DNA of 64,000 nt from the NCBI GenBank assembly GCA_963842525.1, contig CAWJGT010000009.1:416001-480000 (forward strand). The letters run 5' to 3'. A model generated the notes under the pieces. The model did no database searches. It saw only the letters and a list, made by a program, of their open reading frames with translations, and had not been told where the DNA came from. Both the position numbers and the translations under genes were made by a program. The stretch is from an uncultured Holophagales bacterium (GTDB taxonomy: Bacteria; Acidobacteriota; Thermoanaerobaculia; Multivoradales; UBA5704). The first letter of the stretch is position 1. Each line of letters opens with the position of its first letter. Shown here piece by piece: positions 49,933 to 61,259 of the stretch.

Positions 49933-50565
49933 ATGGCAAACATCCTGAAGGCCGAGAAGCGAGCCGCCGTCATCTCCGCGCTGGTCGAGGGCAACAGCGT
50001 TAACGCAACTGTCCGGATGACGGGCGTGGCGAAGAACACGATCCTCAAGCTCATCGTAGAACTGGAGACGGCCTGCGCTGCCTACCAGGACGAGCACCTC
50101 CGGAACCTGCCCTGCAAGCGCGTCCAGGTTGACGAGATCTGGGCTTTCTGCTACCCCAAGGCGAAGAACGTTCCGGCCGAGAAGCGCGGCACCTTCGGCT
50201 ATGGCGACGTTTGGACCTTCACGGCCATCGATGCCGATACGAAGCTTGTCCCCTCGTTCCTCTGCGGCCTCCGGTAGCCGTCCCGGTGTCCCGAGTTCTG
50301 CGCTGATCTCGCTTCCCGGATGGCCGGCCGTGTCCAGCTCACCAGCGATGGACACAAAATGTACTTGAGCGCTGTCGAGGACGCTTTCGGCGGGGACGTG
50401 GACTACGCCATGCTCCAGAAGATCTACGGCGGAGGCCCGACCGACAGCGAGCACCGGTACAGCCCGGCTACCTGCCTGGGATCGGAGAAGCGGGCGATTC
50501 AGGGCAATCCCAACCCGCACCATGTTTCGACGTCCTACGTCGAGCGCTGCGCGTCGCCGTGGTGA
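49933..50565 (+). mobile_element. IS1-family DDE transposase remnant (frameshifted, truncated)
   Basis: LVEGNS..AT.RMTGV.KNTILKL, VQVDEIW.F, W.FTAIDADTKLV, LTSDG..Y, STSYVER. Confidence 0.8.
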
Positions 50566-50724
50566 ATGTCGATGGTCCCGCGGGGAACTTTGCCGGTCCC
50601 GCGGGACCACTTCGAGTCCTCGCGGGCGTGAAGGCTCCGCGCTGCGTCTTGCTGATGAAAGCCGCCGGCGCAGCGTTATCCGCACCGGCGCGCCTGGCGG
50701 CTCCCTAGGATTCAGCCCCGTCGC

Positions 50725-53700
50725 TCAGAACGTGATCTTTGCCGCGAGCTGCACGATGCGGTTGTCGGTCGCACCGAGGTCGGTGCCGAAGGTCGACTGC
50801 GGGATGAGCAGGTTGGTGGCGACGTCGTAGTTGTAGAAGACGTTGCGCTGGGCGTTGATGTTGTCGCGGTCGAAGAGGTTGAACGCCTCGGCGATCAGCT
50901 CCAGGGCGGTGTCGCCGCAGAGCGGGATGCGCTTCGAGATGCGGGCGTCGACCGTGAGGGTGTCCGGCAGGCGCTCCGAGCTCCGGCCGCCCGGCACGAT
51001 GTCGTTGCGGGTGTTGCCGTCGCGGTTGAGATCGTTGGTCACGAGCCTCGAATAGGGCTGTCCGCTCTGCCAGGTGGCGATCCAGCGAAAGCGACCAGCC
51101 GTCGAGCAGGGCCTTCTTGACGCCCCGCTCGTCACTCCAGTAGGAGAGGTTCCACAGGCCGCTCGTCACCAGGCGGTGCCGCTGGTCGTTGCTGCCCGGC
51201 GCCCGATCGGCGTCGAAGTCGAAGGGGTTGGAGGCGAACTTGGCGTCGTCGGAGCCGTTGGGCACCACCGCGGTGGCGTCCGGGCACGGTGTCCTCGACC
51301 TTGCCGAGGGTATAGGCCAGATTGCCCAGGAAACGGCCGCCGTAGCGCTTGCGCAGCTCGAACGTCAGGCCGTTGTACTCGGACTCCGCCGTGCTCTGGA
51401 ACGCGATGATGCGAGCGAAGTTGGTGAACGGCCGCGCGGTGGGGAAGCGGTCGACCGTCAGCGTGCCGCCTCCCTGGATCGGGATCGCGGTCGGCACCGG
51501 GGCGGACAGGTTGATGTCCGTCGAGCGCTGGAGCTTCCTGCCGCGGACGTAGAGGTAGCTCGCGCCGATCGCGATGTCGCCGGTGAGAGCCCGCTCGATG
51601 CCGAGGCTCGCCTGGTGCACCTCGGGGTTCTCGTAGTCGCGGTCGAAGACGAAGATGGTCGGCCTGGGCAGCGCGGCGCCTGTCGGCAGCGTCGGGAAGA
51701 CGTTCGGATAGGTCGGCACCTGGCTGCCGGTGAAGGTGACGGTCTGCACGTTGATGCCGTTGTTCGAGTGCGCCGTGCCCACCATGATCGACGGCGTGCG
51801 GCCGTAGAAGAGGCCGTAGCCGCCGCGGACCACTGTTTTGTCGTCCAGGCGTCCAGGCGAGGCCGAGGCGCGGAGCCGATGTTGTTCTTGTCGATGTTGA
51901 GGAAGCTGGTGTCGATGCCGGCCGCGGCGAGCTGCGGATCGGGGTTGCGGACCTGGCGGCTGCTCGAAGTCCTGGCGGTCGTAGCGCAGGCCGAGGGTCA
52001 GCGTCAGGTTGTCGCGCAGGTCCCAGTCATCCTGGACGAAGACCGCGATCTCGTGGATGTTCGGGTTGGTCGTCGGCGCCGGTGGTGCCCGGGCCGGCGA
52101 AGGCCTGCACGTAGCGCTCGCCCGAGCGCGTTCGGGATGCCGCGGTTGAAGCAGGCGAGGCGAGTTGAAGGTGTAGGCGCCGCCGAAGTTGCCGGGGAAG
52201 AAGTTCAGGATGTCGTCGACTTGAAAGTCCGAAGCCGCTCTTGAAGCTTGTGTCGCCCGCTGCACCCACGTGAGGGTGTCGGCGAGCTGCCAGCGCTTGA
52301 TGGTGGTCTCGCGCGGGCTGAAGATGTTGCGGCCGATGGTCAGGACGGTCGTGCCCGCCCTGGCGGACGGTCGCCTCCGGGATTGTTGCTGTTGGCCTAG
52401 CCCGGGCTCCTCGTCGCTTGCGCGCACTGGACCCGCAGCTCGTTGAACAGGTCGGAGCCGAAGACGCGAGGCGAGCGCGGCGTTGAGGCGTGCGGGTCTC
52501 GACCAGGCTGTCGCCGGTGTGCTCGCTCGGCGTTCTGCGCGCCGCCGTTCTCGAAGTTCTGGCCGGTGAAGTTCTGGTGGTTGTAGCGCAGCGTCAGCGC
52601 GCTGGCTCGGGTTGAGCTCGTGGTCGGTCTTGACAGGAAGACGTCCTGGTTCTGGCCGCGCGCTTCCAGCTGCTCGGCGAGCGGCACGCAGCCTGCGCGA
52701 GCGCCGGCGACCGTGTCGCCGGATCGTCGGGCAGTGTCGGCCGGCAGGTTCAGGAAGATCGACGTTCGGCTGGGGATGTTGCGCTGGCCGTCGTAGTTGA
52801 CGAAGAAGAAGGCCTCGTCGCGCCGGATCGGGCCGCCGAGCGAGCCGCCGAACTGGTTGTAGTGGTACGGCGACTTGGGCCGCGCGGGAACGGCGGTCTT
52901 GTTGATCGCAGTTGTTCGCGTTGAGCGCCTTGTCGCGGTAGAACTCGAAGAGCGAGCCGTGGAATTCGTTGGTGCCCGACTTGGTCACCACGTTGATGAC
53001 CGCGCCGCCGGCGCGGCCGTACTCGGCGGAGTAGGCGTTGCGGTTGACCTGGAACTCCTGCACCGCGTCCTGGCTGAACTGATAGGGCGCGCGGCCGGAG
53101 CCGGTGCGGCCCAGCGGTCTGGCCGAAGAACGTGTTGTTGTTGTCGGCGCCGTCGACGACCAGGCTGTTGAGCGTGCCGCGCTGGCCGGCGAAGCTGATG
53201 TCGCCGGCGCGCACGTCGCGGGTGACGCCGGGGGTGAGCAGCGCGAAGTCGATGAAGTTGCGGCCGTTGACCGGCAGGCTGGGCGACCGCCTGCGGGCCG
53301 ACGACCGACGCCTGGTGTGTGCGCTGGTTCTCGACCACCGGAGCCTCGGCCGTCACCACGATCTCCTCGGAGGCGGACACTCGGAGGGTGAGGTCCACGG
53401 ACAGAGTCTGGCCGATGTTGAGCACGAGGTTCCGCAGCTTCGCGGTCGTGAGGCCTTCGAGCGCAGCGGTCACCTCGTAGGTCCCGACAGGGAGGAGAGG
53501 GGCCCGGTAGCGGCCTTCGTCGTCCGTCTGGGTGTCCCGGGCCACTCCGGTTGCCTGGTTGCGAACCGTGACGCTCACCCCCGGCAGGGGAGCGCCGTCC
53601 GGGTCGTTGACCGTCCCTTCGATCTCGCCGCCCGCCACCTGGGACTGGGCCAGGACGGGGGCCAGGGGGAGAAGGAGCAGAAGGCAGAAGAGTCCGAGGG

Positions 53701-53725
53701 CATACGCTCGTGCGCTTCTGGACAT
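50725..53725 (-). CDS. Oar-like TonB-dependent receptor with N-terminal carboxypeptidase-regulatory-like domain, many frameshifts
   Basis: Signal peptide, [19 protein letters not shown]....[23 protein letters not shown]-terminal [10 protein letters not shown]. Confidence 0.85.
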
Positions 53726-53875
53726 GGTTGGTTCCTTTCGCCGAGAAAGAGTGCGGAGGTTACTTAGAAATCATACACCAGCCTCGATCCACCGCCGTCC
53801 TTGACCGCCTCTCTCGCCTGCACTACGCTTCTGGACCTACTGTGCCAAGTGCTTTCGACGGAGAGGGCCGTTTTC

Positions 53876-56482
53876 GTGCCGGAGTCCTTGCCCGAGCGCT
53901 CGCCTGAGATCTGGCGGAAGGCCTGCCGGCAGATGGCCTTGCGGGCCGCGGGCGGAGTGGTGGCCTATCCGGCGCTGGTCGCGCTCCTCGGGCCGGCGTC
54001 GGGCCTCTCCCGGACTGCGCCTGCGACCTTCACGATCCTGGTGACCTTCGTCATCCTGGCATCGATCGGCCGGCAGATCCTCATCCGGCGTTTCGACGCG
54101 ATCTGGGACCGCTCTCCGGGTCTCTGGCAGGCCGGCTTCTTCGGCGGCCTCCTAGGCATCTGCTCGGTGATCGGGGGCCTCCTTGGTTACTTCATCCACC
54201 AGAGCGGCGTGACGGAGCTCTCGATGTTCGCCCTCGCCGTGAGCGCAGGGCTCGCGGCCCTGGTGGTCTTCACCTACGCCCCCGCCCTGAACGTCGTCCG
54301 GCTCCTCGTTGCCCTTTTGTTCATCCCGGCGTCCGTAGTGCTGTTGCAGTCCGGGCGGCACCCGGAGCCCTGGATCGCCGGCGTCATCCTGATCTCCGCG
54401 ATCTACATGCTCTGGGTCGCCCAGCAGCAGTATCGAGAACGTTGGGAGGGCCTCGCAACCAGCGATCGGCTGGCTCGGCATGCCTCGGACCTCGAACAGG
54501 CCCAGGCGGACCTGCGGCATGCCCGCGACGAGCTCGAACGACTGGTCGCCGAGCGCACGCGGGAGCTGGAGCGGACGAGCCAGGATTACCGTCAGATCTT
54601 CGAGAGCGCCCACGACGCCATCGTCATCCTGCGGCCCGAGGACGAGCAGGTCCTGAACGTCAACCGCCGGGCTTGCGAGGTCTACGGCTTCACCCGCGAG
54701 GAGTTCCTCCGCCTCTCGATCAAGACGCTCTCCGAAAACGTGGCACGCGGGCAGCGGCAGCTTCGGGAGACGCTAGAGCGCGGCGTCTACAACAAGTTCG
54801 ACAGCATCCATCGCCGCAAGGACGGCAGCCGGATGTTCCTCGAAATCAACGCCTCGGTGATCGAGTACGAGGGCCAGTTGGCGATCCTGAGCATCAACCG
54901 CGACGTGACCGACCGCCGCCGGGCCGAAGAGCTGCGGCTCGCCAAGGAGGCCGCCGAGCACGCCGCCCAGGCCAAGACCCAGTTCCTCGCCAATATGAGC
55001 CACGAGATCCGCACGCCCATGGCCGGCATCCTCGGCCTGTCGGACCTCCTGCTCAAGACCGACCTCGACGAGCGGCAGGCGGAGTACGCCCGGCTCGTCC
55101 AGTCCTCGGCGGGATCTCTCCTCCAGGTGATCGACGATATCCTGGATTTCTCGAAGATCGAAGCCGGCAAGCTCACCCTGGAGGAGGTCGCGTTCGACCT
55201 CCGGGCCCTGCTGCGGGAAGTGGTCGAGCTCCTGCGGCTGAGCGCCCTGGCGAAGGGGACTTCGCTTGAGCTCCAGGTCGCAGACGACCTGCCCTCGTGG
55301 GTGCGCGGCGATCCGGGCCGGCTGCGGCAGGTGCTCCTGAACGTGGTGGGCAATGCCGTCAAGTTCACCGAAGAGGGATCCGTGAGCGTCCGCGCGCGGA
55401 CGAGCATCTCCGGGCGAGTCCACATCCAGGTCCAGGACACCGGGATCGGCATCCCGATCGAGGCGCAGGGGCGTCTTTTCGAGCTCTTCTCGCAGGCCGA
55501 CAGCTCGACCTCCCGCCGCTTCGGCGGCACCGGGCTCGGCCTGGCGATCAGCAAACGGATCGTCGAGGCGATGGGCGGCGAGATCGGCGTCGAGAGCACG
55601 CCGGGGAAGGGCTCGACGTTCTGGATCACCGTGAGCCTCGGGAGCGCCGCGTCTCCGGTGGAGACGGAGAGCCTGACCGGCCGATCCGTCCGTTCCCGCC
55701 GCATCCTGACGGCGGAGGACAATCCGATCAGCCAGATCGTGATCACCGAGCATCTGAAGGCGCTCGGTCACGAGGTCACCGGCGTCGGCAACGGGCTCGA
55801 GGTCCTCGCGGCCCTGGAGAGCGCGTCCTACGACCTCGTGCTGATGGACTGCCAGATGCCGCATCTCGACGGCTACGAGGCGACCCAGCGGATTCGCCAG
55901 CTCCCGGGCGCGGCGGCTCGCCTTCCGATCATTGCGCTGACGGCGCACGCCATCCGCGAAGAGCTCGACAAGTGCCTGGCCGTCGGGATGAACGACTACA
56001 TCACCAAACCGTTTCGCGAGGAGGTCCTCCGCCGCAAGCTCGAGCTCTGGCTCGACAGCGAGCCGGAGGCCGTGCCGGCGAAGACCGTGCCCGATCCCTC
56101 TGAGATTTTCGACAGGACGTTCGATGAGCTGCAGCTCGCGAGGCTGCGCGCCCTCGGGCAACAATCGGGACCGGAGTTTCTGCCCAAGCTCGTCGACCAG
56201 TTCCGGGGCCGGACCTACATGGACGACCTCCGCAGGGCGCTGGACCGCGAAGACCGCAACGCCCTCCAAGGTTGCGCGCACGCGCTCAAAGGAAGCAGCG
56301 CCCTTCTGGGTGCGACGCGCCTTTCCCAGCTCTGTGCACGGCTGGAGCTGATCGCCCTCGCAGAGCCGCGAGAGGCGTGTCTGGACCAGCTCGACCTGAT
56401 TGCAGCCGAGCACCGCAGGGTCCTTCAAGGCCTTCCCGTCGTGCTCCAGACGGTACCCGCCGAGCGGCCGCGAGAGGTCTGA
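53876..56482 (+). CDS. Membrane hybrid sensor histidine kinase (TM-PAS-HisKA-HATPase-REC-Hpt)
   Basis: FLANMSHEIRTP, NAVKFT, DTGIGI, GGTGLGL, LMDCQMP, AHALKGSS. Confidence 0.93.
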   Translation: MPESLPERSPEIWRKACRQMALRAAGGVVAYPALVALLGPASGLSRTAPATFTILVTFVILASIGRQILIRRFDAIWDRSPGLWQAGFFGGLLGICSVIGGLLGYFIHQSGVTELSMFALAVSAGLAALVVFTYAPALNVVRLLVALLFIPASVVLLQSGRHPEPWIAGVILISAIYMLWVAQQQYRERWEGLATSDRLARHASDLEQAQADLRHARDELERLVAERTRELERTSQDYRQIFESAHDAIVILRPEDEQVLNVNRRACEVYGFTREEFLRLSIKTLSENVARGQRQLRETLERGVYNKFDSIHRRKDGSRMFLEINASVIEYEGQLAILSINRDVTDRRRAEELRLAKEAAEHAAQAKTQFLANMSHEIRTPMAGILGLSDLLLKTDLDERQAEYARLVQSSAGSLLQVIDDILDFSKIEAGKLTLEEVAFDLRALLREVVELLRLSALAKGTSLELQVADDLPSWVRGDPGRLRQVLLNVVGNAVKFTEEGSVSVRARTSISGRVHIQVQDTGIGIPIEAQGRLFELFSQADSSTSRRFGGTGLGLAISKRIVEAMGGEIGVESTPGKGSTFWITVSLGSAASPVETESLTGRSVRSRRILTAEDNPISQIVITEHLKALGHEVTGVGNGLEVLAALESASYDLVLMDCQMPHLDGYEATQRIRQLPGAAARLPIIALTAHAIREELDKCLAVGMNDYITKPFREEVLRRKLELWLDSEPEAVPAKTVPDPSEIFDRTFDELQLARLRALGQQSGPEFLPKLVDQFRGRTYMDDLRRALDREDRNALQGCAHALKGSSALLGATRLSQLCARLELIALAEPREACLDQLDLIAAEHRRVLQGLPVVLQTVPAERPREV

Positions 56483-56508
56483 TCACCCTGGCGCGGTATC
56501 CTTAGGGC

Positions 56509-56772
56509 ATGGCCGAGGATTCGCCGCAGGACTGGCAGGAGGCGACACTGAGGCGGAGGCGTTTTGACCTGTCGACCTCTCAGGCACTGTGGAACCGATC
56601 ACGGCTGGACCTCAGGAGCGACGAGGTGCTCGCCCAGATCCTGGACCGCGGCGAGCTCGCCGCCTGGCGCGAGATCTACCGCCTGGCCTCGGGACCTGGC
56701 GAAGAGGCCGCGGAGCTGCGACTTCGGCCGGCGGCTACCTCGGCACAAAAGGCCGCGCCACGTCCACCTTGA
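56509..56772 (+). CDS. Small hypothetical protein, possibly a truncated antitoxin-like protein
   Basis: LWNRS.LDL....VLAQILDRG...W. The tail runs into the deaD 3' end. Confidence 0.4.
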   Translation: MAEDSPQDWQEATLRRRRFDLSTSQALWNRSRLDLRSDEVLAQILDRGELAAWREIYRLASGPGEEAAELRLRPAATSAQKAAPRPP

Positions 56773-58423
56773 CCTTGCGGCCGCGCAGCGTCGTGCGGCG
56801 CAGGGCTTCGATCACGTTGTCGGACTCGGCGGCCGGGATCTCCACGAAGGCGGTGCGGTCCAGGATGTCGATGGCGCCGATCGAGCGCCCGTGGACGCCG
56901 GCCTCGTTGGCGATTGCTCCGACCAGGTCGGCCGGACGCAGTCCGTCCTGACGGCCCAGGCCGATGAAGAGGCGGACCATGCCCTGCTCCGGCCGTTCGG
57001 AGTCGGCGGCAAGCTCCTCGGACACCTCCGCCGGCGCGCTGTTCTGGCTCTGCCACAGCATCTGGAGCGCTGCGGCGGCGATCTCGGCCGGGTCGTATTC
57101 CCCGGCGAGCTCCTCGACCGTCGCCAGATGGCCGTCGAAAGAGGCCGCCTCCAGGGTCTCACGGAGTGCATCCTTGAACAGGTCTCGCCGCCGCGCGGCG
57201 ATGTCGGCCGCGGTCGGCAGGCGCGCCGGCTTGATGGGGGCGCCGATCATCCGCTCGATCGCCTTGAGCTGCCGTCGCTCGCGCGGCTCGACCAGCGTGA
57301 GAGCGTCGCCGGTTCGCCCGGCGCGGCCGGTGCGGCCGATGCGGTGGATGTACTGCTCCACGTCCCACGGGATGTCGTAATTGATCACGTGGGTGACCGT
57401 CTCGATGTCGAGCCCTCGGGCCGCCACGTCGGTCGCCACCAGCAGGTCGGACTGCCCCTCGCGGAAACGGCGCATCACGCGGTCCCGCTCCGGCTGGGCC
57501 ATCTCGCCGTGCAGCGCTTCGGCGTTGTAGCCGCGCAGGCGCAGCGCTTCGGCCAGGTCGCTGGTCTCCTGGCGCGTGCGGCAGAAGACGATGGTCGGGC
57601 CGGGCGTCTCCATGTCGAGCACGCGCGCCAGGGCCTCCAGCTTCTTGCCGGGCGGCACCTCGTAATAGGTCTGGTTCGTGGTCTCGACCGTGCGCCGCCG
57701 CGCCGTGATGGCGACGCGCTCCGGATCGCGCAGGAACCGCCGGGTCAGGTCTGCGATCCGGGGCGGCATGGTTGCCGAGAAGAAGGCGAGCTGCCTCTCG
57801 TCCGGGAGCTCGGCCAGGATCGTCTCGACGTCCTCCAGGAAGCCGAGCGCCAGCATCTCGTCGGCCTCGTCGATCACGCAGAAGGTCACCTTCTGGAGCG
57901 CCAGCGAGCCGCGCCGCAGGTGGTCCAGGAGCCGGCCCGGCGTGCCGACCACGATCTGCGCTCCGTCGCGCAAGGCCCGGAACTGCCGGTCGATCGGCTG
58001 CCCGCCGTAGACCGGCACCACGCGCAGGCTGGTGTGCTTCGCCAGGTCGTGAATCCCGCCTGCCACCTGGATCGCCAGCTCCCGGGTGGGGGCGAGCACC
58101 AGGGCCTGCGTCTCCCGGCGCGATGCATCCACCTTCTGGATCAGCGGCAGGGCGAAGGCCGCCGTCTTGCCCGTCCCGGTCTGCGCCTGTCCGATCAAGT
58201 CGCGCCCGGCGAGCAGCAGCGGCACCGCCCGCGCCTGGATGGGCGTCGGGGCCTCGAAACCGAGCTCGGCGACCGCCCGCGCAAGAGGCTCGGCCAGCCC
58301 CAGGTCGGCGAAGGACAGCAGAGGCTGCTCCTCGACCGGTGCGGCGGCCGGCTCCGGAGGCTTGGCGCGGTGAGGGTCAAGGGGACGGCTGCTGTCTTGC
58401 GGTTTCTTTTCGGCTCTCTTCAT
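56735..58423 (-). CDS. deaD: DEAD-box RNA helicase with DbpA-type RNA-binding domain
   Basis: AQTGTGKT, PTRELA, TPGR, DEAD, SAT, HRIGRTGRAG, C-terminal DLVGAIANEAG. Confidence 0.92.
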   Translation of the reverse strand: MKRAEKKPQDSSRPLDPHRAKPPEPAAAPVEEQPLLSFADLGLAEPLARAVAELGFEAPTPIQARAVPLLLAGRDLIGQAQTGTGKTAAFALPLIQKVDASRRETQALVLAPTRELAIQVAGGIHDLAKHTSLRVVPVYGGQPIDRQFRALRDGAQIVVGTPGRLLDHLRRGSLALQKVTFCVIDEADEMLALGFLEDVETILAELPDERQLAFFSATMPPRIADLTRRFLRDPERVAITARRRTVETTNQTYYEVPPGKKLEALARVLDMETPGPTIVFCRTRQETSDLAEALRLRGYNAEALHGEMAQPERDRVMRRFREGQSDLLVATDVAARGLDIETVTHVINYDIPWDVEQYIHRIGRTGRAGRTGDALTLVEPRERRQLKAIERMIGAPIKPARLPTAADIAARRRDLFKDALRETLEAASFDGHLATVEELAGEYDPAEIAAAALQMLWQSQNSAPAEVSEELAADSERPEQGMVRLFIGLGRQDGLRPADLVGAIANEAGVHGRSIGAIDILDRTAFVEIPAAESDNVIEALRRTTLRGRKVKVDVARPFVPR

Positions 58424-58646
58424 TCACTCCTCAGCTCCTAGGAACTCTGTCTCTGCCCGCGCGTTAGGGTCGGTTGGAACCAGGGAAGGAGACTCATGAA
58501 AGCCACTCACCGGACCGCTGTGCTCGTCCTCGCCCCCGTCCTCTCGTTCGCCCCCGCGCTCCTGTCTCAGACACCAGCCCCCGTTCCCGGCCCGCGTCCG
58601 CCAGCATATACCGGAGCCGATCCGGCTCGATCCGGCTCAATAGCGC

Positions 58647-59960
58647 TCAATAGAGAGGCCGAAAGAGGTTCGAGACGATCTCGGCGAGGCGCTGCTCGAT
58701 GCTGCGCCTCTTCCAACTCTCGTAGCTGATCTCGCGGGAGGACCTTTCGTCCTCGGCGAAGACCGCCTCGAGCCGTGCGCCGAAGTCGCGGTCGTAGAAG
58801 GCCAGGCTCGCTTCGGCGTTTTCGTGCAGCGAACGCGCGTCGAAGTTGACCGAGCCGATGATGCTGAAGGTGCCGTCGAAGACGGCGTCCTTGCTGTGCA
58901 TCATCGTGCGGTTGTATTCGAAGATCCGGACGCCCGCGGTGAGGAGCTCGCCGTAGTGCAGGCGCGAGGCCATGCGCACGAGCGGCTGGTCCATGTGCCG
59001 ACCGGGGATCATGATCCGCACGTCGACGCCGCGGCGCGCCGCCTGGATGAGCGCCTGGCGGATCTGCCGGGTGGGGACGAAATAGGCGTTCTGGATGTGG
59101 ATCGACTTCCGGGCCGAGCTGATGGCGACGAAGTAGAGCATGGCGGCGAGCGAGGACGAATCGCCGCGCGACGTCTTGATCGCCTGCGCCACGACCTCTC
59201 CCGCCGGGTCGATCCGCGGATAGAACTTGTCGCCGCCCAGGATTTCGCCGGTCGTGAACGTCCAGTCTTCGCTGAAGATCGCCTGCATCTGCGCCGAGAC
59301 GGGCCCGGTGGCCCGCACCATCATGTCCCGCCACTCCTGCGGATTGCGGGCATCCCCGAGCCAGTGGTTGGCGATGCAGAAGCCGCCGGTAAAGCTGACG
59401 GTGCCGTCGACGACCAGGATCTTCCGGTGCGTCCGCCGGACGATCTTATGGATGGTCCAGAGCTGGATGGGGCGGAACACGCGGGCCTTGACGCCCGCCT
59501 GCCGCATGCGCTCGAGGAGCGGCCCGGAGAACTTGCTGCCCGTGCCATCCACCAGCACACGCACCTCGACGCCCCGCCGTGCGGCGTCCATCAGCGCCTC
59601 GGCCATGATCTTGCCCGCCCGGTCGTCCTTGAAGATGTACGACTCGAGATTGACCGTCATCCTGGCATCGCGGATCGCGCTGGTCATCGCGGGGAAGATC
59701 TCGTCTCCGTTGTTCAGGATCTCGGCGCGGTTCCCCTCCACCATCGCATTGCCGAAGCCGTTCAAGGAACGGCGGAAGGCATCATCCTCCACGGCGGAAG
59801 GCTGGTCGTACTGGTAGACGCTCCGTTGGTCGAACCGCACCATGGTGCAGGCCGACGTCTGGACGAGGAGCGCCACGACCGCGCAGCAGGCAAGGAGACG
59901 GCGGCCCCAGGTCGCACGGCCATATCGTGCGACCTGCATCACGCGCGGATACCTACCCAT
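58647..59960 (-). CDS. Cardiolipin synthase-like phospholipase D
   Basis: RTHRKILVVDG and MHSKDAVFD HKD motifs, NAYFVP. Confidence 0.88.
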   Translation of the reverse strand: MGRYPRVMQVARYGRATWGRRLLACCAVVALLVQTSACTMVRFDQRSVYQYDQPSAVEDDAFRRSLNGFGNAMVEGNRAEILNNGDEIFPAMTSAIRDARMTVNLESYIFKDDRAGKIMAEALMDAARRGVEVRVLVDGTGSKFSGPLLERMRQAGVKARVFRPIQLWTIHKIVRRTHRKILVVDGTVSFTGGFCIANHWLGDARNPQEWRDMMVRATGPVSAQMQAIFSEDWTFTTGEILGGDKFYPRIDPAGEVVAQAIKTSRGDSSSLAAMLYFVAISSARKSIHIQNAYFVPTRQIRQALIQAARRGVDVRIMIPGRHMDQPLVRMASRLHYGELLTAGVRIFEYNRTMMHSKDAVFDGTFSIIGSVNFDARSLHENAEASLAFYDRDFGARLEAVFAEDERSSREISYESWKRRSIEQRLAEIVSNLFRPLY

Positions 59961-60057
59961 GTCACAGATGTGGCACGCTCGCGGTTGTGGGGGGGAGGTC
60001 TTCTCGCATGCCAGAAGCGAGATTGTAACCTGTGAGGGGACGGGTTACACTTGGGAA

Positions 60058-60339
60058 GTGGCGATCTTTGGTTTCCGGCATAAGGGGCTGGAGCTTCTCT
60101 TCACCGCCGGGAAGACGTCCAGGATTCAGGCCCACCATGCCGAACGGCTCCGCCTTATCCTCGGCCGCTTGAATGTGGCTACGGAACCGCGAGATATGAA
60201 CCTGCCGGGGCTCCAATTGCATCAGCTCAAAGGAGACCGCCGGGGAACGTGGGCGGTCAGCGTGAGCGGCAACTGGCGAGTGACTTTCGTGTTCGTCGGG
60301 AAGGATGTCGATGGGGTCGACTACGAGGACTATCACTGA
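60058..60339 (+). CDS. higB: HigB/RelE-family toxin
   Basis: FRHKGL...[22 protein letters not shown]....DYEDYH. Confidence 0.92.
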   Translation: MAIFGFRHKGLELLFTAGKTSRIQAHHAERLRLILGRLNVATEPRDMNLPGLQLHQLKGDRRGTWAVSVSGNWRVTFVFVGKDVDGVDYEDYH

Positions 60340-60349
60340 GGTTGGAACG

Positions 60350-60637
60350 ATGAGAATGCACAATCCACCTCATCCAGGCGAGGTTTTGCGGTCTCTGTGC
60401 CTGGAGCCGCTCGGCTTGACGGTCAGTGCTACGGCCAAGGCGCTGGGCATCAGCCGCAAGACACTGTCGGGGATTGTCAACGGGCGCGTGGGGATCAGCC
60501 CCGAAATGGCCGTGCGCCTTTCGCTGGCGTTCGACACGACGGCGGAGAGTTGGCTCAACCAGCAGGTCCAGTACGACCTCTGGCGGGCAGAGGAGAAGCG
60601 CAATACGCTCCGGGTCCAGCGGCTCTCGGCCGCATAG
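60350..60637 (+). CDS. higA: HigA antitoxin
   Basis: [11 protein letters not shown]...ISPEMAVRL...WLNQQ..YDLW. Confidence 0.92.
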   Translation: MRMHNPPHPGEVLRSLCLEPLGLTVSATAKALGISRKTLSGIVNGRVGISPEMAVRLSLAFDTTAESWLNQQVQYDLWRAEEKRNTLRVQRLSAA

Positions 60638-60701
60638 GCTGTTCCAGCCCCACCGAGTCACCTCCCGACCCTCCCGACCGGGAAATGATCGAGCCGAAGC
60701 T

Positions 60702-61205
60702 TCAACGACGACGCGCTGTCTTGGTGTACAGCGCTTCGTGGAAGGCCTTTCCTTCGCGGACGAGCCGGATTTCTCCTTCGGCGAGCATTCGGCGCAGGGT
60801 GTCCGAGGCGGTTCGCGAGCCGATGGGCTTGCGCAGGCGTTGCGCGAAACGGCGGTTGGCCTCTGCCGCTACGGCGGTCGCGCCGAAGGGGTCTTCCAGG
60901 CCCGGGCTTGCGACGACCCGCCGGAGCAGCCTGCTGACCATCAGGCGGCCCGGCGCCGGAAGCTCCTCCTCTTTGGCAACGGCCGCTGCTGCGACGACCG
61001 GCCGGGCGAGGTCGACCGCCGTCGCGGCGGCGGCGCGGAAGGCTTCAAGGCTCTGCAACACCGTTTCGAGCTCGGCCGCGTACCGGGCTCTCTGCTCCCG
61101 ATGGTGGACCTCGTGCTGCGCGTGAAAGGCCTCCTGTTCGCGGAGGAAGGTCGCACGCTGCTCCAGATGCGCCAAGACTTCGTCGATCGACAGCTTCGCG
61201 CTCAT
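60702..61205 (-). CDS. Coiled-coil plus putative winged-helix protein (167 aa)
   Basis: N-terminal heptad-rich helix, C-terminal ..ASDTLRRMLAEGEIRLVREG....ALY resembles a wHTH recognition helix and wing. Confidence 0.65.
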   Translation of the reverse strand: MSAKLSIDEVLAHLEQRATFLREQEAFHAQHEVHHREQRARYAAELETVLQSLEAFRAAAATAVDLARPVVAAAAVAKEEELPAPGRLMVSRLLRRVVASPGLEDPFGATAVAAEANRRFAQRLRKPIGSRTASDTLRRMLAEGEIRLVREGKAFHEALYTKTARRR

Positions 61206-61259
61206 GTTGTTCGGCCGGTTGCGGGTTGTTTCCGGTGAAGGATAGCACGACGGCGCTGT

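Noticed and set aside
50725-53400. Programmed frameshifting or true pseudogenisation of the TonB-dependent receptor
   Set aside because: Dense single-base indels with otherwise intact motifs and codon usage point to low-quality sequence. The same applies to the single frameshifts at about 775, 21300, 27185, 30645, 33222, 38625 and 62800.
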